DNA of 64,000 nucleotides from Paraspadella gotoi (taxonomy: Eukaryota; Animalia; Chaetognatha). Below the pieces are notes generated by a model. That model had not been told where the DNA came from. It saw only the letters and a program-made list of their open reading frames with translations, and did not search any database. Shown one piece after another: positions 14,174-26,639 of this stretch. Each line of letters begins with the position of its first letter. Within the stretch, counting starts at the first letter, position 1. The position numbers were made by a program, and so were the translations under genes. The stretch spans positions 16,114,896 to 16,178,895 of the forward strand of contig CM119265.1 in NCBI GenBank assembly GCA_051294375.1, written 5' to 3'.

Positions 14174-14781
14174 GTGAGGAGCCTAAAGTAAACAAACAAA
14201 ACAAATAAAATCGGAGTAAAGCACAAACGAAAAAAAAAGAGCAAAGACCCGGGAACTGGATCGTTAATTTTGTAAACAATATCTAACGAATTTACCCCCA
14301 AAATACTTAAACATAACGAAACAAATTTTTTAACCCTATTTTACTAATACCATCTTGAGAAAAAAAGTAGAATAAAGTATATTAAATAATAAGGACAAAG
14401 TTTTAACCCCTTTCGCCTAAGATGAAGCCGAGCTCGAAAAGTTTATTCACCCATAAAATTAACGCCACACGCACAAAAGCACGAAAATAAAGAAAGGAAA
14501 GTCAAGAACGAAACGTGTAATAAAAAAAAAAAACGTAAAAAAAAAAATTGTGAGATTTTCAAAAGACGGACGGGAAATCAAAGCTTTCACCGCCAGTCAG
14601 CGCCCCTCGAGCGCCACTATCGACTTTCGCGCGCCATTTCGTCCTCCATTCGGACGTCACTCGCGCGCCAATCGCCAATCTTACCCACGGCAAAAATTCG
14701 CCCTACCGGATGTAAATTATCGCTCTCACCGACGCAAAAAAAAAAGGGAAAAACAAAAGCGCACCCGCCTTTAGTTGGCCA

Positions 14782-14899
<118 letters not shown>

Positions 14900-15144
14900 G
14901 CACAAAACTCATCGACCTTTAGATTAAAAGTTTAAAGACTCAAGCGCTCCCCACTCAGTCCCCAGTCCCCAGTCCCCAGTCCCCATTCTCCCCCCGGATC
15001 CTACGATTCTCCTCCTTCCACTCACAGTAAGCAATTCTATATAAATATCACCCTCTCCAACCGGGGGGGGGGAATCACCACCCCACCATCGGTAATCACC
15101 CGAAACGCCGATTTTCAACCTGAGTTTCTCCTCTCTGCCGCCAG

Positions 15145-15987
15145 AGGTGCCGCAGCGTCGATTCCATGTCGAAGAAGCGCGATTCCGGAAAAATCCGGGC
15201 GAAAACCGCCGAAGACGACGTCGTCACGCCGAAGACGTTGGCGACGACGTCGACGAAAATCATCGACGACGAAGATGACGACGAGCGCCGTACGCTTGCA
15301 GCAGCCGCTGGAAATACAGCAGCCGCAGGATCGCCGAAAGCCGCCGCGCCTAGCTTTAAATTGATCTCATCAGGTCGGTCCAAACCTCTTGAGGTTTTTT
15401 TCCGTCGTCATCGTCCTCGTCGTAGACGCCGGCGTCTGGAACCGGCGAGCGTCAAGTGTTCTTATTCCCGCCATCCCGGCTCCTACGCTGCCTCTCCCAC
15501 GCCTCCATCGCGTCTCCGAAGAGCGCCGGTCTCTACCGGCGTCGACGGATGGATCGGCGTCGAATCAAAGAGGAGACGTCGCCCTCACTCCCTGAGTATT
15601 TGCTCAAAATCTGGCGTCGTCGCCGGAAGCTTCCACGACGCCGCCTCCTTAAAAACGGCGCCCTCCGCGGCGCCCGCGTCTCTCTCGGCGTCATTCTCAC
15701 GAAGAAAAAGCGTCCGAGCGAAAAACGGCGAAAGGTGGAAAAAGAGAGAAAACAAAAAACAAAACAAAAGACGAAAGGAAATTGAAAACGTCAACAACGA
15801 GCCGAGTCCAGGGGAAGTCTCTCGACGCGCGAGGAATATCGATTCGTCGTCTTCTCGTGTTATTCCTTCCTTTTCACCTCCTCTTCCTCCTCTTCTTCAT
15901 CCTCCTCCTCTTTCTCCCCCTCCCCCCTCCTCTCCATCGCCGACAAGGTCAAGCGACGTCGCAGATTACATTCTCGCCGAACAAGAG
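15145..15987 (+). CDS. Candidate large coding exon, basic/Ser/Pro-rich disordered protein of unknown family
   Basis: Acceptor ctctctgccgccag| at 15144, an 843-nt stop-free GC-rich frame (phase 0-0, ATG at 15166), and a consensus donor GAG|GTGAGT after ...DYILAEQE. Confidence 0.5.
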
Positions 15988-17044
15988 GTGAGTTTTCGAG
16001 AGATGGTCATGGATTCGGGTCTGGGTGAGGACAGAGGGCGGGGCGTCCGAGGTTTTTGGTCAGAAACGAAAAGCACGACCCCAGGCATTACTTTTATGTC
16101 TCGTGCCAAAATAAAACTGGAGGGTAAGTTAAGGTAAGGGAGGTAGGAAATCATTGAGCGAGGCCGGGCAAGTTTCGCCCTCAACACTTCCTCTTAATAT
16201 GGGGTCGGGAGCATCCATTTCGGAAGTGAGGATCTAAGTCATGCCGGAAATTCATGACGACAACAACGACAAAAAAAGGGTGTGGGTGACAACGATAAAG
16301 GCCATTGTGACTCCAGTCTTCATCGGTTTTCAGAGATGGTCATGTTCCCTTTTTTTTCGATCGACTTCTGCCAGGACCATTTCTTCCGGTGGTCATAAGC
16401 ATTTGACCCACGAGGCCAAAACCGCTTCGCCGCTTTCGTCTGGTTTTGGCGGGAAGAAGGGATGAGGGAAGGAGTAGGGTGAACGTCGAGTCGCCTTCTA
16501 TCTCGGTCGAGGGTCACGATTGCCAATGGTAGATTGGGGCGACTGGCAACTGAAAGAACGATGTTTGCTGGCGACATCCAATGTGAACGCTCAAGCAGTT
16601 AATTCTATAAACCTAACCAGGGTTTTTGTTTTTTTTTAAGGTAACGAAAATTTATTTTATTTTCGTACCTGTGAGCAGAATTAAATCCTAATTAGCTAAA
16701 AAAAATGATGTTGCGTCCTAAGGACACGGTCCTTTCTATCGAATTAACAACAACACGTAACCAGGGACTGGAATTGACATGAAGCGCCGCCTTCGCAAAT
16801 CGCTGGACGCCGCGAAAAGAGGGCGTGGCTTCATCTCGAAGATCGCAGCCCCCGACGCGACGAAAAGGGAGATGTGTCGTCGCTCAGAGAGACGCTGGCG
16901 ACGCCCACGCCCACCTCGCCTTCCTCAATCCGCGGAGGAGGCGTCGCTTAAGAAGGCGTTTCCTCGTCTTAGCGTCGATGCGAATACAAATGACGGTGAA
17001 CGACTTCCGGTCAAAAGGATTCGTCGAGAATCTGGTCAAAAGAC

Positions 17045-17091
<47 letters not shown>

Positions 17092-18524
17092 TATGAATGT
17101 TACTTTCTTTTTGTTTTATTTTATTTGATAGCAGAGAATAGATTCGGACTTTGCATGCCAGAGAGAAAATAATAAATCCCATCGAAGACTTCAGTCTTCC
17201 TATTAAGTGCAAGCATGAAAGCAAGTGCTCGAAGCGCCGTCCTATTTTTTATTATAAATGAATTATTAACTCTAATAAGTCTTATTATTTTCTATCATGC
17301 AAAGAACGAATCTATTTTGAGCTTCCGCTGCTATCGGCTAATTACACTGCAGCGCAAAAAAAGTATCCAATTTTTCACATCGAAAAAAACAATATTGGAT
17401 GGCTGAATTATATAAAGATATAGAAACATAAAGCAAAGCTTGTTAAAATATGAAGTGATTAGTCCAAGTCCCAATAAAATCGAGCAAAGCGTTCAAAAGT
17501 TATAGGTCGACAATGTCGATTGGTACAAAAATCCAAAAAGAAAAAAATTAGTTTTCGTCAAAAAGACTTTTCCTTTTTAAAAAAGTTTATAATATGAATT
17601 TGGCTGAACAAATTCAGCATAGAATATTTGTAGGGATAGGTGTCAACCATTTTTAACTTAAATCAAATTAAAATAAGTAAAGAAACTATATAGAAAAATA
17701 ATTAGTCTTTACTTCTTGAGCTTTATCGTGTACTACGTGACAACGTAGCCTGTTGACTGTTTACTGTGTTTAGGCTTCTTGGCTTCTTCTCAAATTTTCT
17801 TTTCCTTTTTTGTTGCCCTGCCATTTTCCCCCCTGCCATCTTGTCGGGCGGCAGTGCCGGGCATTGGGCAGCGGCTCCGGACGGCGGCGCTGCGATGAAG
17901 AAAGGAAAGATTTATTTTCAACATTAAACGATTTGCATTTGGAAGATCCAGGTCGTTGAGGTCAGCAAGGTTTGGCAGGTCGTCAGTGTCGTCGAGGTCA
18001 GCAGGGTGATATATGGAGGGGGAGCGGGATCTTTGAGGGTCCACCAAGGTCGCAAGGTCCTCAAGGTTTTCATGGCCATTTAGATATGGAATTATGGATA
18101 TCGTTGATGTTCTTGAGACCTCAACATCATTTTTGACTCACGTACTTTGACTTTGTTATCCTTGTTATGTATATTGGATGGTCAATGATCATGGACTTTA
18201 TGAACTTATAAAATACTCGGTTTTTGAGATCGCTAATATTTTGTTGGAAAGTTATTTTTTTGGTTCTCAAATAGTTATGCAATAATAATATGCATGGTTT
18301 TTGTAATGCTCTAAGCCACTTCTTATAAATTCTGTTTATGAAAAAAAAAAATTCAGAGCAAAAACGTCGGAAGGACTTATATTTGTATATCGACAATACA
18401 CTTCCTTTAAACCAAATGATTTATTAAACTTTTTCGTTTCTTATACAATCCAATCAAGTAACTCCTCTTGGCACGGTGCATTGGTTATTTTAGATACGAC
18501 TCCCTAGAGGTACTTTGGCGTACG

Positions 18525-19299
18525 TTTTTAGTCGGATCTGCTTATTAGCAGATCCCGACTCTATAATTCACTTTGTCAGTCCGTCGGTCCGCCACCTCAA
18601 TATTGTCAGGCATTCACTTAATCATGTCAGAACATTGAATTATGATAAATTATGCAAAAAAAAAATGATGTTCGTCTATCCTCTGTCAGTCTATCCGTCC
18701 ATCCGTCCGTCCTCATCCGTCCGTCCCACCTTAGCAAAAAACTCTAATTACTTACTGTGATTAGAAGGATGGATTGGAATGAAATTGTGTGTGTGGGTAG
18801 GGAAGTGTGTGATTGAGCTGGATATGAAGTTTCGATGGAATCGTCCGAGTGGAAATGAGTTTCAATAGAAAAAACAAAAACAAATATTTCATTATTTGAA
18901 CACCAATTACTCATGAGTGGATGAGGCGATTGACCTGAAATTTTGTATGTGGGTAGGAAAGTGTGTGATTAAGCTGGAAATCTAGTTTCGATGGAATTGT
19001 TTGAGTGGAAATGAGTTTAAATGGAAAAAAACAAAAAACCTATTTCACTAATTTATTGATTTTTTTGAATATTAAATGTAAATGCAAGATGTATTAATTA
19101 ATCAAATAATTAATCAGTTACTTAATCAATTAGTTAATTAATTAATCAATAATTAATAAAAATTAGTCAATTAATCAATCAAAACAAACATTTTGAATCA
19201 AAAATTAATCTAATTAATTAATTAATTAATTAATTAATTAATTAATTAATTACCGATAATGATCGTGGGCAGATCCGACATTGTTTGCTCAAACTTGTT
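18525..19299 (+). mobile_element. Non-autonomous Helentron-associated element (DINE-1/HINE-like)
   Basis: 5' TTTTTA followed by subTIR gtcggatctgc (18531-18541) and its near inverted copy gcagatcccgac (18548-18559). Then a (GTCC/GTCY)n tract near 18575-18725, two internal ~156-bp-period repeats (18781 and 18937) and a (TAAT)n tract. The 3' end has subTIR gcagatccgac (19269-19279), stem-loop gtttg-ct-caaac and terminal CTTGTT. This matches the known DINE-1/HINE architecture. Confidence 0.8.
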
Positions 19300-19747
19300 A
19301 GCATATATTTTTGCGTACCATTACTGTAATTTAAAAGATACCAAGCCATCAAACGGATATTCTTCCTCTTCTTCCATCCATATCTTTTTGTCGCCCTCCC
19401 TCTTATTTTTCCCACTCGTTTTGTCTCTCTTTGTCTCTCCCTCTTTTTCCCCCCTATAATAATGAACGAGCCATTGCGCAATGGATCTTTTTCCCCTCTC
19501 TCCTCTTTGCGCCGTAAATATTATCGTTAATCCTCTTGGGTATGAAAAAAAAAGAAGAAAAAACGTCTTTTTTTTTGTTTATGTGCGTCATATCAAGGTA
19601 AAACTAATAAAGCCACTAAAACCTATTATTAAATCACTTAATATATTTGAAAAAAAAAAGATTTTAATTTTTTTGGGTATTCACATAACCGTGAGAAATT
19701 TGATGATTTTCATCGTTTAAGCTTGCTCTCTCTCTCTCTCTCTCTCT

Positions 19748-19819
<72 letters not shown>

Positions 19820-20091
19820 AAGCTTCATAAACAGTTTCTCCCGGTTGCCATGACCGGTTGCTACGACCGTTTTATCGGCGCAACGCATAAGAAACAAGAG
19901 AAGACGAAGAGAAGTCGGGCGGCGGAGGGGGCCGCCGGATGGGGCCGGGGGGCTAACGGATGGAGCCTGGGGGGTGGGAGAGCGACTGAGGCAACGTCAG
20001 AAACGGCGGCCGAGCGGCGTGGGAAGCACTCGATGCCAAGCGCTCTTTGGCGGAGATAAAAAATGTTAAGAATAAAAAAAAGAGATGGTTG

Positions 20092-20170
<79 letters not shown>

Positions 20171-20374
20171 AGAGAGAGCTATAAAAAGTGAGGAAGGTGG
20201 AAAAAAAACACGTTTTGGTACGGTTAGGAATAATTGTGCGACACATATTTTCTGACCATCGTATGTGATGCCAGTGGAGAAAAAAACAAGATGTTAAGTC
20301 AATCGATAAATTAAACTTAGAAAAAAGAAAAAAAGAAGTTAAACGAAACAATAAAAGACACAAGATGAAAGTAA

Positions 20375-20518
20375 GAGAAAAGAAAAGAAAAAAAAAGAAA
20401 AGAAAAGAAAAGAAAAGAAAAGAAAAGAAAAGAAAAGAAAAGAAAAGATGAGACCGAAGGCTGAAGAGGCGATGAATGGTTAGTCAGCGCCATGGAGGAA
20501 GATATGAGAATTGCTTCA

Positions 20519-20582
<64 letters not shown>
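20375..20582. repeat. (AAAAG)n and (CTTT)n microsatellites
   Basis: Direct reading: (aaaag)n at about 20375-20446 and (cttt)n at about 20519-20582. Confidence 0.9.
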
Positions 20583-20583
<1 letters not shown>

Positions 20584-21029
20584 GGGCTTATTCGTTTTAC
20601 AAGGGAACATTTGTAAACAATTGCGGAGAGAATTGGGTAAGTTTTTATTGTCGTCATTCTTAAAAATTCATATCGTGTCGTAGGTTTGGTTTCTTTAAAA
20701 AAAAAAATATTTTTAGATTTATTTATCTTGCCTAATTTTTCATGTGGTTTCGCATCGTCAAAGCTTTAGTTAATTCATGTTTCCTGGGAGGTTGAAAAGT
20801 GAACCGAACTAAAAATAAGCTAATTAGTCTTTTTCAAAATAAAGAAAATAAAGAATTAGAATACGACTTTAGAAGTCGAAAAGCCCTGAGTGGATGAATT
20901 GAGTGATGGTTTGATCTTAATTACTTTTTAAATACTGTAGTAAACTCACAACGTTTCTAAATATTGTTCTCATTCGTAGCAAAAGCCTTCAAGCCTTCCT
21001 GCTGCAGGAATGAAGCAAGGAATCCTACT

Positions 21030-21310
21030 CTGTTCCATCTTCATTTTTGCCCCGTTACGGCTTCATTCTTGCTTCATTCTTGCTCCTTTACTGATTTATT
21101 CCTGCTTCATTCCAACTCCTTTCCAGCTTTATTTCTACTCAGTTTCAGCTTCATTCTTGACTCGTTGCCATATCATTCTTGCATCAATCCTTCTTCATTC
21201 CAGCTTCGTTTCCGCTCCATTCCTGCTCCGTTACAACTTCATTTCTGCTTTTTTCCCCCGATTCGTTCCTGTGTCATTCCTGCTGCAGTTCCTGCTTCAT
21301 TTCTGCTCGA
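21030..21310. repeat. Degenerate ~11-bp minisatellite (cttcattc[c/t]tg)
   Basis: Recurring gcttcattcttg / gcttcattcc / ttattcctgc units. This explains the stop-poor ORFs at 20964 and 21010. Confidence 0.65.
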
Positions 21311-21551
21311 AATCCCCGATGAGACTTTCTCTTCTTTTCGATCTTTTCAATCTTCGCGCGCGAGAATCGGATTTTTCGCCTCAGAGAAAAAAAAAGGGAA
21401 TCAACGCGAGACGACGACGAAGGGAAAAAACGGACGCCGCCTCGTATTTTTCTCCGCGCGAGGGAGTGCCTTTCTTATTTCAATAACAAACAAAGAGAGA
21501 GAGATAGAGACAGTGAAATGAAAAAAAGAAATAGAGAGAGAGAGTGAGAGT

Positions 21552-21619
<68 letters not shown>

Positions 21620-21706
21620 CCCGTTGAATGTAATTTTTCCGTCGCTTTCTCATTCATCAACAAGAAGCGCGGCGAGTGGCTTTGAAGACTAAAGACAAGA
21701 ACAGAG

Positions 21707-21758
<52 letters not shown>

Positions 21759-23271
21759 AGAGAGAGAAGAGAGAAGAGGAAGAGGAGATAGAGAGATAGA
21801 GAGAGAGAGATTAAGAGACGTCAAATCAATCTCGATTTCTAACTAGCGAGTTTCGCTAAGAAAACGAAGGGCGGAAAAAAGACGTGACCATCAGTCACAG
21901 TTAAATAAAAATAGCTTAAATGTTTAAAAGTTTGTCACTTTTAAATGAAAATAGTAGTAATGATAGAACTTATAGAAAAAAAATCATAGTTTTATGGCAA
22001 CAGCCGGGTTGCCTGTGATGCCCACTGGGGGCTTCCGACCCTCAGTGACGCCTCCTTAGGTTGTGCCAAAATTTTCAAAATTATTGTAGCTTAATTTACA
22101 TCTGGCATAATATGGGTGGGCTTAGACAAAGAGGTTTGCCACAATCCCCATCAAAATCGGTTCAACCCCCTTAGCGCTACCCTCGGTTGAAGGATTTCTG
22201 GCACCATTCCTCGCGCTGCGTTCCGTCCACACTGTCCTAATGACCACAGTCCAAATGTCCACAGTCCTAATGACTTTTCTCTGCGTTGGCAAAGCGAGAC
22301 CGTCCTAGGGTAACCGCGCCAGTGACAGGAGGCGTTAGGGCGTGCCAAAAATGTTCAAAATCGGGTCCGTACCTGATAGCAACCTGATCGTTGCCCTTCT
22401 ACTAGACTAACTGGGAAAAACTGAATGAAAGATAACAAAGTGACGCGTTGACAGCTGGGATGGATGAAGATCTGAATGGAGGTAATTAAAATTCCGAAAA
22501 AATTATGAAATGAAATTGACTGTAAATTGTAATGGAACTCGGATAGAAGCAAAAAAGATAAACTATTTGGACGGAAACTGGGAGGGGTTGGTTAAAAGGG
22601 CAAGAAAAGTCTCTGAACGAAAAGAAATCGCGACAAAGAGAGGAAAACATTGGGACAAGGTTATCTAGATTCTATGAGGTGAGAAAGGGTTTAGGAGTAC
22701 AGACTTCAGACTGTGCACTCAGTGCCAATTTAATCGATGAAAAAAAGAAACCGTGTAAGATCAATAAAATAATTGAAAGTTGTGAGTTTATTGTTGATTA
22801 TGATTATTTTTAATTTTTCTATAACATGACTCAGAAGTAATTTACTTTTTTAAAAATTATTTTTAATGTAATATCCTTTATGAACTATACTCTAGAAGAA
22901 AGAGCGATGGACAAAAAACTAGCCGCGTCTACGTAGGCTGGAAGCATCAGGCAAAATGTCACCCGAAAAAAGATAGTTGATGCACGAAGTCGAAATGGGT
23001 TTCCCTTTTATTTTTTATTTTTTTAAGCTTTATCTCGAGGGAGAAAGAGGAGGTCGGCCGAGTAGAAAAGGTAAGAAAATAAAGGGGAGTAAAATGAACC
23101 GTTATTCTTTAAGCGCGAATTAAAAATAAGGCAGGAAAGCTAATTTTTTCGGCTTATTCTTTATGCGGCGAGGGTCGTTACCCTTTTTTTAAAAACAAAT
23201 TTATTTCCTGTATTTTTAAGAAAATATAAAAATTACGTAAAAGAAGAAATACAAAAAGGGCCATCAGGAAT

Positions 23272-23314
<43 letters not shown>

Positions 23315-23442
23315 GAGAGAGAGAGAGGCAGACAAGAGCGCTGAATCAGTGCGAAAGGGTATAAAGGCGAAATGAGTTTGTGGGGGCGAGAAAATATGCA
23401 AAATGCTTCTTCTTTTTGGAAGATGCCCGAATAAGGCAGAGT

Positions 23443-23518
<76 letters not shown>

Positions 23519-23521
<3 letters not shown>

Positions 23522-26500
23522 GCCGCATAATTTTGCCCGACTTTTTTTGTCTTTCTTTTTTCGTCGGCATGTTTTTGTTTTGTTTTTTTTTTCATTGATG
23601 AGTTTTCGTTTTAGCAAAATTAGGAAACCCTTAAACGTTTCCGAGGCAACGAGGGGTTGACGGTTGTTAGTTGAATGAAAAAATATTGTAAAAAAAAAAA
23701 ACCCAATGAAATCTGGCCTTTCAGGATGTTAATGACGTAAAAACCTTCGTTGACAAAGAACTACAAAGCGGACGTGCAAGGTTGGCCAAAGGACAAACGA
23801 CAGAAATCACTTTTCCATCGAAGCTGAGATATTTGATTTATTGCAATAATATAACGTGACGGTTTGTAAACGATATCGTCGTCGTCGTCGTCGTCGTCGT
23901 TGTAGTAGAAGTTATCGGCAATAGCGTTGTCGCCGCCGTTGTCATAGTTATGTATCAGAAATGATATTTCTCCAGTAAGCGCAATAAAAAAAATATAGAA
24001 AAATTTATTCAAATAACTATTTTAAATGAATATAATTTAAAAAAAAAAATTTCCATTGGAATGCCGAGAAGTCGATATTTGCAGCCGTTGAAATTATCGG
24101 CTCGAATACATTGACTTTAATCTCTCTGAGGTGTCATCCTTGTCTTTCTCATTCCGATCTTTGTCATCTTCGTTTTTGTCATCATCTTTGCTTACATCCT
24201 CGTAGTTGTCATCCCCCTACTTTTGTCAATCCTCTTATTTGTCATAATCGCGATAGATGTCGCCCATATTTTAATCACGTCGTTCTCGTCATCATCATCG
24301 ACAGGAGAAATCGGACTTTCGATACGCGACACAAGGTCGTCGTCGTCGCCGTCGTCGTCGCCGTCGTCGTCGATCTATTCGTCCCTAGCGACTCCAAGCG
24401 CCATCATCTCCGCCGACGCCCGCGGCGCGGATGTCCTCGCTCCATCGCGACTCTAAATGATACTCGAGCCGTCATTATCTTTCGCCGGCGCCGCGGAGGC
24501 CGAAGCGTCGGCGCCTCGACCGTCCCCAACGACGCCGCTTTTCTCGGATGTAGTAGATCCTCCGGGTAGCGACGGCAACGTCATCAGCGACGCGGCGTCG
24601 CAGTCGTTTACCGGTGACGCTGCAACGAGACGGGCATCTTTTCATTATGAAATTACGCACTTTTAAATGCTGTCAGCCGGAAAACGAAATGAATTACGCC
24701 TGCAACGATCGGTCGGATCATTTCCGGTTCAATTTAGCGTCGCTCTGGTTGTCTCTTTGTCTCTCTTTTGGTGAATCTTTATAGGGAGATCACGGTCGAG
24801 TAAGTTTGCAGAAATGATATCTTTTGCGGGATATGAAGACCTAATCTAAGTTCTGCCATTTAATGAAAATAACAGAATATTGCAATTTATGAAATATTAT
24901 TTTAAAACTAAAAAGTGATTTTTTTTTCTTTCTCTATATCTCTGGGTGTGTGTCTCTCTCTTGTTCTCACTCTCCCTATTTACAAAAATAACACTAACAG
25001 TCAGATGCAGTTTTCTATAGTTTAGCTGTTGAAGCTGTTGCCTCCGTCGTCTCTTTTTTTGTCGTCGTTTTCGTCGATTCTTCCCGACGTGCGCCAACCC
25101 CGTCTTGTTTGCGTCACTCATCATAACAAGTTTCTGAACATTTTAATGCTATTAAGTCATATAGTCAAGAAGCAACTATGTAAGATATTGTTTTCTTAGC
25201 TTGACGTGTACATTTAAAAACAGCAAAATATTCCAGTTTAAATTGCTTTACAATAGGTTATTTGCCTAGAGCAAGAGATCAAATGGAGAAATGACGTTTT
25301 CCTAATTCTGAACATTGCAGTAGCCGGATATGATAGTTGTCGCCATGTCACTACTCAGTCACCCAAGCGAATATGCTTCGCCCTTGGCGCCTCATAACCG
25401 GATGCTAAATCGCACGCGTCTTTCACGCTAATTCGCTCACTAAATCACGCCCTCTTTTCCCACCTTAAATCACTACCACTCTCACTGCCTAATGACAACC
25501 ATCTTCCATTCTAAATCACGACATTTTCTAGAAAAGAGGAGGAGGAGGAAGAGGAGGAGGAAGAAGAAGAGGAAGAGAGGGGAGGGAGAGATATAAATGG
25601 GTCAACTCTAATTTTGGTGATGAATGCTCAGCGCGACGGGGAAAGAGAAGAGAGAGCAGAGAGAGAGAGAGCAAGATGACGAGAGAGAGAGGAGGAGAGA
25701 GTAGAGAGAATTCAGAGAGAGAGAGAGAGAGATAAGAGAGAGAGAGAGAGAGAGAGAGTATGGAAAGGTTAAGGGAAAAGGTTAACGGGAATAATGAAAG
25801 ACAGAGGAAGAAGAAGTGGGAGGAAAGAATTGGTAGAAGACCGAAGGAAAATATCGATGTGATGAATTCATATAAATTATAATCCTGTTAGATATACCGG
25901 GTCTTCGAGCTATTTTGGAAATAAATTAAAAAATTCATATGAAGCAGTATACTATCATATGTATATACATTGATATTGTTAACCGGACCTTGAATTTTAT
26001 GTCATCTGCCTAAAAGTGCGACTTTATCAGTAGAATATCGTAAAAAAAAAACACAATTAATTTCCTAAACGACATCAGCAGGATTTTAATCTGCGAGACA
26101 GCAGCCGCTGTGCATAATTTCTGATTAGTGACGCTTGAGGCAGTTGAAACTCCGTCCCACCACCTATAAAAGGGACTTAGGGAAATAGGTATTGAATGTG
26201 GAGAAAAGAGGAAAAAAGTAGAAAGGAAGAGGGAGATAGAGAGAGAGCGGAGAGAGAATAAGCAGAGAATCGAGAGGAGGAAGTCAATCGTGAAAAAATA
26301 GAAAGTTGAAGGATGGAAGAGGAAAGATGAATGCGACGAGGCGGAGAATAATGTGGCCCAGACCTTATGTTCAGTCGAGTCAGCAAAGAAGGAAAAGGAG
26401 GTGGAAAGAAGAAAAAAAAAGGGAAAGGGAGTGGATAAGAAGGGAAAAATAAGGGAAGGAATGAAAAGCAAGAATCAAACAAGAAAGATAACAAGAGAAC

Positions 26501-26581
26501 GAGACGAAAAATCTGGAAGCGAAAGCGGCAGAAAGACAAGAGAAGCTGCCAATATAGTTGGCGATAAATAAGGTGAGGAAG

Positions 26582-26639
<58 letters not shown>

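Noticed and set aside
16779-17096. Arg-rich ORF as the exon following 15987
   Set aside because: The nearest acceptor gives an incompatible phase, and the ORF runs into a GA tract without a clear donor.
17790-18047. Minus-strand DLxDL-repeat ORF
   Set aside because: It is short and degenerate, possibly a transposon remnant, but cannot be supported.
19844-19867. RFX X-box-like half sites (gttgccatgac, gttgctacgac; also catggcaac at about 10525)
   Set aside because: These are half-sites only, expected by chance, with no linked transcription start.
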